A DNA stretch of 61,693 nt from NCBI GenBank assembly GCA_004431415.1, contig QPMI01000153.1, positions 1 through 61,693 on the forward strand. Direction: 5' to 3'. The position numbers and the translations under genes are program-made. The DNA is from Cyanophora paradoxa CCMP329. Taxonomy: Eukaryota; Plantae; Glaucophyta. This document shows positions 34,101-44,901 of the stretch, piece by piece. The first letter of the stretch is position 1; each line of letters begins with the position of its first letter. The notes beneath the pieces were generated by a model. That model was not told where the DNA came from. It saw only the letters and a list, made by a program, of their open reading frames with translations, and did not search any database.

Positions 34101-35953
34101 TGCGGCACTACGAGGGGACGATCGCGGTGACGCGCATGGTCCGCAGCGTCGTGAGCGCCGTCTGCCGCGTCACGCCGCGCTCCTTCTCGGTGCGCGCCGC
34201 CGCCGCGCGCCGCCGCAAGCGGTCCGTGAGGGCCCCGCAGAACCGCGAGGACGCGCTCCTCCAGATCGAGCATTGCTGGAACGGTGCGGGGCGCGGAGCG
34301 CCGGGGCCGCGGCGGCGCGCGGCGGCGGGGGCTGAGGGGCGGCGCAGCGGCCCTCGCCTTCACGAACGAGAACCGGCTCGTTTCGATGCACGAGCTCTTC
34401 GACGCCTCGTGGGACGGCGCGCCTCGCGCCGGGCGCCCGGCGGCGCCGCGCTGACGCGGGCGCAGACGTCTGCGAGCTGCACGGCAAGGCCGCCGAGCTC
34501 GCCGAGGCCTTCTCCGACAACGCCGAGCAGGCCCGCCCGCCACGCCCCCTGCCCCCGCCCCGCCCCTCACCCCGCCCCAGGGCGCCGAGCTGGCGGCGGC
34601 GTGCCTGGTGCACAAGGCGGCTTCCTTCCAGCAGTTCAACCTCTTCCAGGAGGCGATCGAAATGTACTACGACGCGTGGGCGCGGCTGGTGGAGTTCGGC
34701 CTGGAGGCGACGCAGCAGCGCATGGTGAACACGATCATCCGCAACCTCGCGGAGATCCACGGGGCGATGGGCCAGGCGCGTGAGGGCGAGGCGTTGCTGG
34801 AACGGCTGCAGATGGCGACGGCCGGGCCGACGGAGGAGGAGCTCGTTTTTAACGCGACGGTGTGGCGCGCGTGGGGCGACATCGCCACGAAGCAGCGCAT
34901 GATGAAGAAGGCTGCCGGCCTCTACGACAAGGCCCTCGCCTGCTTCGTGTCCGTGCCCCCGCCACCCCCGCCCCCTCCTCGTGCCCGTTCCCGGCGCGAG
35001 GGCGGGGCGCAGCAACGTCGAGTCGGGCCACCGCGGGCCCGAGTACATCCACATCATCCTCTCCAAGATGCAGATCCTCGTGTGGCAGGGTCCGCCCCGC
35101 CGCCCCGCCCCACGCCGCCCCGCCCCGCCCTGCGCCGGTCTGAGGCCGCGCCAGGGCGCTCGTACGCGGCGTGGCAGCTGTACGGCGTCGCGTGGGACTA
35201 CGCCAAGTACTTCGCCGACTTCGGCACCACGGTGCGGCGGCGCTGCGGCGGGGCGCGGGGAGGCGGGGGCGTTGCGAGCGGGGGCGTGGGGCGGGCAGGA
35301 CTTCGACCACGTGGGCCTGTGCGTGCGGACGTGGAAGATGCTGCTGCCGGAGGCCCCGCGGCAGCTCTTCGCCGCCATCGCCCGCGAGTTCCTCGCCCTC
35401 CAGAAGACCACCCACTTCGCCTCCGAGACCCCCATGATCGCCTACTCCCTCTTCCACCTCGGCAACCTCTCCTCCGAGCTCGGTGCCCCGCCCCGCCCCC
35501 GCCCGCCCCGCCCCCGCCCCGCCCGCCTGACGCGGCGCAGGGCTCTGGGGCAAGGCGGTGGCCGCCTACCTGCGGAGCGAGGAGATGCTGACAAACGTGT
35601 ACCCGCAGTACCTGCCGGTGGGGCACGCCATCCGGCGCACCCTGCACAGCTCCCTCACGCACGCCATCGACTCGCTGCGGGCCGGCGAGGCGCCCCTCCC
35701 CTCCCTCCGCACCGCCTCCGACGCTCGCCTCGCCCTCGGAGCGCCTGACGGGCACCCCGGCGGGCGCGCCAACGGCCGCGACGCGAGCGGGAGCGAGGGG
35801 GCTGGGGAGGCGCCGTCGCCGGCGGCCATCATCTCGACGCCGGGGGCGCCCGAGGGGGTCAAGCCGGAGCTGGCCGGCACGCCGGCGACCATCGCGCCCA
35901 TCGCGAGCCCCCTCCAGATCGTAGACAGCCCCTCCACCTCCATCCTCAGATGA
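31200..35953 (+). CDS. Large hypothetical protein: N-terminal beta-rich domain, basic/acidic and Pro-rich linker, C-terminal TPR-like helical region
   Basis: Exons such as GFEICLTKRRLKR..., HERKRKKGQG, a Pro-rich block, and IIRNLAEIHGAMGQAREGEALLERL / KKAAGLYDKALACF. Start uncertain. Confidence 0.65.
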
Positions 35954-36078
35954 TGCCCACCTGACAGTACATTGCGCAATAGAAGTGACTCTCCCCTGCA
36001 GGCCATCGATATCGGGGCCGCTCGCGGGGTGTGGGGGGTCGGGAGGAGGTCGGGGTCGGGGGCGGGGCGGGGCGGGGG

Positions 36079-37761
36079 TCAGGGGCGGGCGTGGTGGCGG
36101 AGGCACTCGACGACGCCGCGCTGGAAATTGAGGGCCCCCGCGGCGATCGCGCAGTGCCACAGCTGGTGCGAGTTGAACGCGTAGTCGAAGAGGCCCCCCG
36201 GCCGCACCCGCTCCGGCAACTTCGTCGCGTAGAAGACGACCCCCGCCGCGTAATACGCGTACGTCTTCAGCGGGCGGTACGCCATGAAGGGCAGCTCCTC
36301 GGGCGTCGCACGCGCCGCCATGTGCGCGAAGCTGCGGGGCGGTGAGGGCGAGGCTGCGGCGGCCGCGGGGGGCGGACCTGATCAAGCCGAAGACGAAGAG
36401 GGACGTCAGGGCGGCGTACTTGCGCACCGTGTGGCCCCCGGCCGCCGCCGGAGACAGCTCCCCGCCCGCCTTTCCCTTGGGCGCTGCCGCCGCCGCTCAG
36501 GCCGCCGGTGGCGGCGGGGGCGGGGCGGCGGGGCGCACGGGGCGCGATCTGGGAGACGACAAAGATTGCGGATCTGGGATAGCGGACATCGGGGCATAAA
36601 GGTAGAGATAGATCTTTACGCAAAAGATAGCGGACAACGTGTGCAGGGCGAGGTCTGTCCACGGATAACGCGTGAGAAGGATAACGGACAACGTGTGAGA
36701 GGGCGAGGTCTGGGCGGCGTACAGATTTTTTGCAGGGCCGGCTCCCCGCGGAAGCCGTAGAGCGCGTAGAAGAGCTGTGCCGCCGCCGCCGCCGCCGTGA
36801 GGGGCGGCGGGGCGGGCGGGGGGCGGGGGGAGGGACCATGGATGCGGTGAAGGCGTGGACGATGCCGAGCTGGTCGCAGTACATGCAGGCCCCGTGCGCC
36901 CCCGCCGATCGGCCATGAAAGGTGTGGTAAAAGGCGCTGCCGGCGCCTTAGCCGCCGAGGGACCCCGCCACAAGCTTAAGGCCCCCACATGTACACTAAG
37001 GTTCATCCTCACCTGCTCGCAAAGCAGTTCCACGAGCCGACGACTGCCGCGGAAGGCGCCGCGGTGAGTAGCGAGCAGGGCGGCGCTGCCGGCGGGCGTA
37101 CGCACCGAAGAGGAGGAAGATGGCGGCGTGCTCGGTGCCCCAGATGCCGCGCAGCTCCGTGCACAGGGACCATGCCGCCAGACCCGCGACAAGCCCCGCC
37201 GCCACCACGTGCGTCCCTTCTCGCGCCCCAGCGCTTCAGACGGCGCTGGCCGCGCACGAGAGGCCGGCGGGTGCGAGGCCGGCGCACAGATGTTGAACGT
37301 TTCGTTGTTCAGCTGGAAGGCGGAGTGAAGGTAGTACCGCCACGGCCTTCCCGTGTGCCGGTAGCCGCGTAGAACGTAGGCTGAACGAGACGGAGAACGT
37401 TTATCACTTGAGCACTCGTGACGTCAGGCACTCTAGATCTGTTGAGCGAGGGCGCGTGCGGCGCACGTCTGCGGTTCCACGCGGGGATGCGGGCGTGATC
37501 CTCTGGCAGCGCGAGGGTCCGCTTGCGCGCCACTGCGTCGTGCGCCGCACCACTCGAAACCGCCGCGCTCCGGACCGGGCTGCGGGCCGCGCTGGCGCTG
37601 GCGCCGCGCCGTCGGACGGCGCCGCGGCTCCGTTCGCGCCTGCTGGCCCCGCCGGCGGCGGTGCTGCGGCCCCGCTTGTCGACACCTGCACCTTCGACGG
37701 CGGCCGGCGCGAGCGCCTTCCTCTCGCGAGAGACGGAACGGCTCGGTGGCGGGTCTTTCAT
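36079..37761 (-). CDS. PAQR / haemolysin-III family membrane protein (AdipoR-like)
   Basis: NETFNI, CDQLGIV and FYATKLPERVRPGGLFDYAFNSHQLWH motifs. Confidence 0.88.
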
Positions 37762-37880
37762 CCTTCGGATTGCCCGTCCAAGGGAGGGGGGCCCTGGGGG
37801 GAGGGGCAGAGCTGGGGTACGCAGCCTCGGTGCGGTTTCAGGCGCCGGCTCGCACGCTGGGCCGCCCCTGACCAGCGAAA

Positions 37881-40537
37881 ATGACTCCACAGCCAGCAGA
37901 TTTAGACATCGAGCTCCTCGCGAATCTGCTCCCCGAGAGCGACGCGGTCCATCTGGCCGCGCTCTTGGGGACCGGGCCTCATGACGCAGCTGATTTCATG
38001 GACACATCAGGATCAACCTCTGCAGCCTCTTCATTAGGAATAACCAGCCAGGCGCAGCGCGGGGTCTTGCCCGCTGCCAGGACAGCAGCTGCGACCGCGC
38101 CGAGCGCCGGAGTCGTGCGCCTTGGGGCGCCCACATCCGGAATTTCTCCACGGGCAGCACCTGTGCAGCGCCCCGGCGCGGGGTCGTCGGCCTCAGCTGC
38201 GCCCGCAACACCCGCTGCAGCGCGCACGGCAATGCCAGCGCCGGAGAGCCGGACCTCGTCGAAGCCGGAAAGAGCGGCAGCACAGGCAGCAATCGCGGCT
38301 TTCAAAAACAGCGCGGAGCTGGAGCGCGAGCGCAGTCGAGGAGGCGGTTCGCGAGACTCCAAAGGTGGCGGGACGCATTCAGAGACGGAGAGAAAGAGAA
38401 GAGATTACATGAATGAACAGATAGCGACCTTAAAGAGCCTGGTGCCCGGCTTCGAAGCGCCGAAGGTACGGAGGCCCCATCATAAGAGATCTTCTGAATC
38501 TTCCGCCCACATTCCCGGCAGCCAAACAAAGTCACCATCCTTGGGAAGGCTGTAGAATACATGAGCGGTGCGGTTTCGCTCCCGGGCTTCCTTTTCTGGT
38601 CCTTTTTCTTTTCCCCGGCGGGGGGCTGACAGGTCGGTGGCAGAGCTGACGGAGACGAACTCGAAGCTGCAGGAGGAGACGGAGGAGATGAAGCGCGAGG
38701 TCGAGCGGCTGCGCGCGCTCGTGCTCAACAAGGAGAGCCCGACCCGCTCGGCCGAGCCGCGCGCCGCCGCGCCCAAGCTGAAGACGGAGCGGCACGGGAG
38801 CCTCATCTTCGGGGCGAGCCCCGAGATGGACCTGGAGCTGCACCTCCAGCTCCAGCAGGTGCCGCCGGCGGGCCGGGGCGCGGGGCCGGCGCTGAGGCGG
38901 GGCGGGGCGCAGCTACAGCAGGCGCAGGAGCTGCTGGGGCAGGCGGAGGGGATCGGGCCCGAGCAGCAGGCCGCGCTGCAGCAGCAGGTCGCCCTCCTGC
39001 AGCGCAAGACCAAGAACCTCTTCGACCTCCCGCTCGCCGTCTACGAGTCCGTGCCCCAGATCATCAGGTAACGGCCCCCCCGCCGCGCCCCCGCCCCGCC
39101 CCGCCGACGCGGCCCGCAGCGACGACTCGATCGCAATCCCGGACCTTAACCTGAAGCAGGTGGGCGGGGGGGGGGCAGGGGGCAGGGGGCGGGGCGGGGC
39201 GGGGGGGGCGGGGCTGAGGGGCGGGGGGCCAGTTCATCGCGGCGGCGCTGCGGATCACGATGGAGAACCTGATCGTGACGGACCCGAACATCGTCGGCCA
39301 CCCCATCGTCTACGCCTCCCCGGGCTTCCAGCGCATGACCGGCCCGCCCCCTCCCGCCCCGCTCGCACCCTCCCCCGTGCCCGCCGAGACGCGGGGCGGG
39401 GCGCAGGGTACACGGAGGCGGAGATCGTGGGACGGAACTGCCGCTTCCTGCAGGGGAGCGCGACGGACCGGCAGGTGACGATGGAGATCGGCAAGGCCAT
39501 CCGCGCCAAGCGCGAGTGTACGCCGCCGGCCGGCCCCGGGGGCGCGGCGCGGGGGCGCTGAGAGGGGGGCGGGTGGGGCAGACCTGGCGGAGATCCTGAA
39601 CTACCGGAAGGACGGGACGCCGTTCTGGAACCTGGTGTACATCGACCCGGTGCTGGACCGGGAGGACGAGGTCGTCGTCTTCCTCGGCGTCCAGTTCGAC
39701 ATCACGAGCTCCAAGTCGCGGGGCGACAAGCTCGCCAAGATCCGCTCCGCCTCGCAGGACGCCATCCGCGAGATCGCCCACGCACAGGGCTACACCCCCG
39801 CCGACGCCGGCAACGACTGGCGCTTCCACCTGCCGGCCGCGGGGCCCCTCGGGGCGCGCGTCAAGTCGGAGGTGGGCCTGCCGGTGATGGACGCGGCGCC
39901 GAGCGAGGAGCTGAAGATCTTCCTGGCGTCGGTCCTTCACATGGCGATGCACGCGGTGTGCGTGATCGAGGGGAAGGGGGCCCCCGCCCCCTCCCCGCTC
40001 GACGACTTCCTCGCCCTCGACGAGCCCTGCAAGGCCCCCGCCCCCTCCGTCCGCCCCCCCGCCCCCGCCCCGGCGCCCGCCCCCGCCCCGGCGCCCGCCG
40101 ACGCCGCTGGGGCGCAGGGGCGCGGGTCGATCATCTACGCGTCGCGGGGCTTCGAGGAGATGACGGGGTGGAAGCGGTCGGAGCTGGCGGGGCGCCGCTT
40201 CGACGTCCTCCAGTGCCCGGAGAGCGACGCCAACGCCGTCGCCGCCGTCCGCGAGTGCCTCGCGAGCAGCAAGCCCGGCCTCCTCCTCACCGAGCTCCTC
40301 ATGCAGAAGAAGGACGGGACGCGCTTCTGGTGCGCGGGGCGGCCGCGGGGCGCGCGGGGGCGGGGCGCTGACGGGGGCCAGGAACCTGGTGTTCATCTAC
40401 GGGGTGCCGGACACGCGCGGCGAGGTCGCCCTCTTCGTCCTCCTCAACTTCGACAGTGCGCCGGCCCGCCCCCGGCCCATCCCCCCGCCCCCCCCCCGAC
40501 GCCCCCCGCAGTCACCCAGCACCGCGACGCCCGCTGA
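37881..40537 (+). CDS. bHLH-ZIP transcription factor fused to a canonical LOV domain and a second degenerate LOV/PAS domain
   Basis: bHLH-ZIP: HSETERKRRDYMNEQIATLKSLVP..PNKVTILGKAVEYMSELTETNSKLQEETEEMKREVERL. LOV1: [30 protein letters not shown]...NYRKDGTPFWN...GVQFDIT. Second PAS: IIYASRGFEEMTGW...KKDGTRFWN. Confidence 0.9.
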
Positions 40538-40859
40538 CCGCCCCGCCTCCGCGCCCCCTCCGTCGCCCCCTTTCCTTTCCTTGTATGATTTCCGATGATT
40601 TCTAGCTTCGTATACATAGCGTACATGCATTTTTCTGACCGCCTCTTCCGTTTACGTTGTGGACCTCCCATGGCCGATGATTTATTTGGTAGCTCGCTAG
40701 GTATCAGGCTTCCGTACCCCTGTAACTTCGAGGGCTGGGCTCCTGCGGTGCGACCTTGGGTAGGCCGTCCGACGGCCTGGATCGCCTGCGTGTAAAGTAC
40801 TCTTTTCTCTATAAGGAATTCAAATACAGTCTGCGGGGCTTCGCGATCGTGCCAGGGGC

Positions 40860-43800
40860 TCAAGAGGGCGGGGGCGGAGGGGCGGGGGCTGGGGCGGCGG
40901 GGGCCGGGGCGGGGCCGGGGGCCGGGGGCGGGGCGGAGGGGGCGGGGTCGGGCTTGCGGGTGTGGCGCTTGACGGCCTCGCGCTTGAAGCGCTGCACGAA
41001 GGCGGCGACGGGGATGGTGAGGGAGTCGGGGACGCGCCCCGCCTTGCCCGAGACGCCCTCGAGGCGGCCGCCGGCCTCCTTGAGGAAGATGCGGGTGACG
41101 AGGACGTCGAGCTCCTTGAGGGGGTGCTCGGGGTCCGTCCGCAGCATCGTCTCGCGGATGCTCCCCGCCGTGAGGGAGCCCGTGCCGGGGTCGGCCTCGG
41201 CGAGGGCCTCCTGGACGTCGCGGATGTACTCCTCGCGTTCCTCGAGGTGCTGGGCCCGCACCGTCTCGATGAACGCCGTCTGGTTCCCCTCCTTGTCCTC
41301 TTCGAAGAGCTTCCGGTAGAGCACGACGGGGCCCGGCTGGTCCCCCTCGAGGGCGTCGAGGAGTCCCTGGAAGCGCGCCTCGTCCTTGGCGGGGAAGAAC
41401 TTGCGGAGGACCGACGCGAAGTGCTCCTTCGACATCTTGCCCCCCGTGTCCACGAACTGGCTCGGGCCCGTGTTCGGGTCTGCCCCCGCCCTCAGCCCCC
41501 ACGCCGCCCCCCGCCGAACGGGCCCGGGGGCGCGCACCCCACTTGACGAGGTGGGCGTGGAGCTCCTGCGGGGCGGGGTGGGCGCGCGGGGGGCGGGGCG
41601 GGGCGGGGCGGGGCGGGGCGGGGCGAGCGGACGTCGAGCATGGCCATGGAGGCGAGGTGCACCTCCTCCTCGACCTCCCCGATGAGGATCTGGCCGCCCC
41701 GCTTCAGCATCCCCGAATGTCGCCCAGCACGCCCAGGCGGCGCCCCGGCGCTCGAAATGCCTCCCGCCACCCGAGGGTGCGCGCTAGCCCTCCAAGGCGG
41801 GAAAGCGCGATGGCAGAAACGTGGGCTGGCCTTGAAGAAGACGTCGACGTCTGCGTCGTACGTGTAGCGCTGCGGCGGGCCCGTCACACGGGGGAGGCCG
41901 GCGTCGGGCGCCGGCGGGGGCGGCCGGGGGCGCGCCTTGACGCTGTCGAAGAGGTTGTAGCCCCACTCGACGGCGGCGGCGTGGGTGCGGTGCTTGGAGA
42001 GAAGGTACGCGAGGATGGAGGCGCTCAGCTGCCGCCGGCGCCCGTCACCCCCCGCGCAGGGGCGGGGCGGGGCGGGCGGGGCCGGCGCACGGGCTCCTTC
42101 TTCTTCTGGGCGGCCTTGAACTTCCAGATGGCCTTGATGATGCCCTCCACCTCCCCCTTCGGGAGGCGCCGGTTCTTGATCTTCCCCTCCGCCCGCAGGA
42201 ACTCGGGCACCTCGGGGCCGGTGCCGAGGGCGGGGATGAAGGCATCGTCGCACGGCATCTTCTGCGTCAGGTGCTTCACCTCGTGCTGCAGCTGCCCCCG
42301 CCCCGCCCTCGGCCCCCGCCCGCGCCGGCGGAGGGGGCGGGGCGGGGCGGGGCACCTTCTGGAGCTCGGCGACGAGGCGGGTGACGAGGGCGCCCGTCGG
42401 CAGCGCGCTTGTCCCCTCCAAGATCCGCCGCAGCGCCGCCGGCACCCCCCTGCCCCGCCCCCTCGCCCCCCGCCCCGCACACCAGAGGACGCGCGGGGCG
42501 GCGCACGGGGCGTGGGGCGGCTCGGCGGGGCCTGCGGGAGGGGCCTGCGGGGCGGGCTGGCGCGGGGGAGGCCGTAGGGAGTAAGGTCGGGGCGGGGCGT
42601 CCACTGGGTGCGCATCTGGCCTCGACGTCAGCCTGGAAGGGCGCGGGCGCTCACAGCGGGGACAGAGGAGGCCGCACCTCCTCCTTCTCCTTCGCCAGCG
42701 CCGCAATCCGAGCCAGCGCCTCCCTGTCGCGCCGTCAGGGCCGCTGCGGGGGCGCCTGCGGGGGCGGCGGGGGCGGCGGGGGCGCCTGTAGAGGCCCTGC
42801 ATGACGCCGCTCTCGGCTTGCTGCGCGGGGGTGAGCGGGGGGCGGGGGGCGGGGCGGGGCGGGCGGGGCGGGGCGGACGAGGTCATCGGCGCGCTCGCGG
42901 GACTTGGCGAGGTCGGCGTGCAGCGCCGCCTGCGCCGCCTGCGCCTGCTCCTGCTGCTCCAGCACGTTCGAGAGCTTCTCCTCCGTCTCCCGCAGCCGCG
43001 CCGCCGCCTGGTCGTATCGCCCGTGCCAGTCGTCCGTGCTCGACGCGCTCTCCTTGTAGTGCTTCAGCGCAGCCGCCAGGATCTTGTTCGACTCGAAGGC
43101 CTCCCGCCCCTCGTCCTGCAGCCGCTCGATGTCGTGCCGCAGCTTCTCCACCGTACGCTGCGCCCCGTCGCCCCGCGCGTCGGGCGGGGCGGGGCGGGGC
43201 GGGGCGGGGTGGGGCGGGCGGGCCTCGGCCTCGAGAGCGCGCAGCTCGGTCGCCTCGAGGGCGCGGCCCTTCTCCTCCAGCTGGCCCCTGCGCCCCGCTC
43301 GCGCCGCGTGGCGAGGGCGGCCGGGCGGGGCGGAGACAGGGCGGACTGGAGGCGGGCTATGCGGCCCTCGTACTCGGCCTTCATGCGGTTGACGAGGAAG
43401 AGGGTCTCCTCCTTCAGCGTCGCCAGCTTCGCCTGCACCGGCAGCCTGCCCCCGCACGCTCGCCCCCGCCCCGCGCCCCGCGCCCCCGGCCCCGCCCCCG
43501 CGCACATCAGCCGCAGCTGCTGCTGGTAGTTCGCCAGCAGGCCGTCGTACTCGCGCTTGATCGTCGCCAGCACGGGTTTATACGTCCTGAAGTTCTCGAT
43601 GAAGCACTCTGCGGGGGCGTGAGGGGCGGGGGGCCGGGGGGCGGGGGGCCGCACCGAAGGCCTCGGAGTAGACCTGGAGGCGGGCCTCGCTGGGCTGGTC
43701 GGGGGCGGCCTTGAGGAGCCCCAGCTCGCGCTCCACGTACGTCTCCAGCTCCTGCAGCAGCCGCGGCTTCGGCCCCGCCTTCGGCCCCTCCGGCCCCATC

Positions 43801-44153
43801 CCCGCCCCCTCCTGCAGCTCCCCCGCCAGGCTCTCCGCTCCCTCGAGGAGGCGCCGCGCGTGCGGGCGGGGCGGCCCGAGGGAGCTCTTGCGCGGCTGCG
43901 AGAGGAAGCCGGAGCCGGCGGGGAAGGAGTCGAGCGTGTTGAGGTCGCCGTAAAGTGCCATCGCCGAGTCTATGACGCCAGTGTTCAGAGCAGTGTAAAG
44001 AGGAGCATGTGGAGTCAAGATACCGTAGCTGGACAGCATAAGCCGCGTCGCCGCCCCCGCCGTCTCCAGCGACGGCAGCGACCCGCCGCTCCTCGCCAGC
44101 GCGCCCGTGCTCGCCCTGATCTGCGGCAGCTGCTTGCGCGGCTTCGCCGGCAT
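40860..44153 (-). CDS. TSNAXIP1: Translin-associated factor X-interacting protein 1-like (cilia-associated)
   Basis: PKPRLLQELETYVEREL, FIENFRTYKPVLATIKREYD, GTGPEVPEFLRAEGKIKNRRL and EWGYNL...YDAD. Confidence 0.82.
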
Positions 44154-44901
44154 CGGCGAGGTCGCCGGCGCTTTCGGCGCCCCTAGCTGCAGGCTGTGCG
44201 AGGGTCAGCGCGGAGGTTGGAGGCGGCGCACGGGAAGTGGCGCCGGGCTCAGACGGACCTTGGCGCGCTCTGCGTGCTTATCATCACCCGCCATTCTGGA
44301 TGCGGGCCCGGGCTCTGCGGCCTGAAAGCAGCCGTCAGCCTCGGCCGCCACGAACTGGAGCCCCAAAGTTGAGATCCGTCTAGCTTGTAGACGTTCTGTC
44401 TGCAGCCTGCATGTTTCTCGAAGTACATTCTGGATGCGGGCACCCACCCCAACCGGCTCACCCGGGGCTGTGCCTTTGCCTGCTGCCACCGCCTGACCGG
44501 GGCGGCGGGCTAACCTCAGCCATGAGGCAGCGAGAGCGGGGCCAGCGTATCCAGCGGCTCTAGCTCTGTGCTCGCGATCCGGCTCTTTATCTTGTTCTTG
44601 GCTGCAGAGCGGACCGCGTTTGGCTCTCTGTTTGCTTTGCTCTACCCCCCACTCCCCCCCCCCTCCCCCCTCGAGCCGCTACTTGATGGGGGAGGAGTGG
44701 TGCAGAAGTGCGATCGATATCGATGTCGATCGCGAACAGATCATTGACGCACTTGCTGGGGTCGCGAAGGGACAACGAAGCAGGGAGACGTGAAATCGAA
44801 GATGAGCCGTGTGAGACCGTTCCAATTAATTAGAGGGCACGACCGATTGGAGCTCATCGCAATCGCTACTTCATTGCCGCAGTGCATCGCAGGGCCAATG
44901 T

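Noticed and set aside
23287-40537. Functional photoreception gene cluster (rhodopsin + LOV factor)
   Set aside because: The genes are 13 kb apart with unrelated genes between them, and the rhodopsin lacks the retinal lysine. Proximity is probably coincidental.
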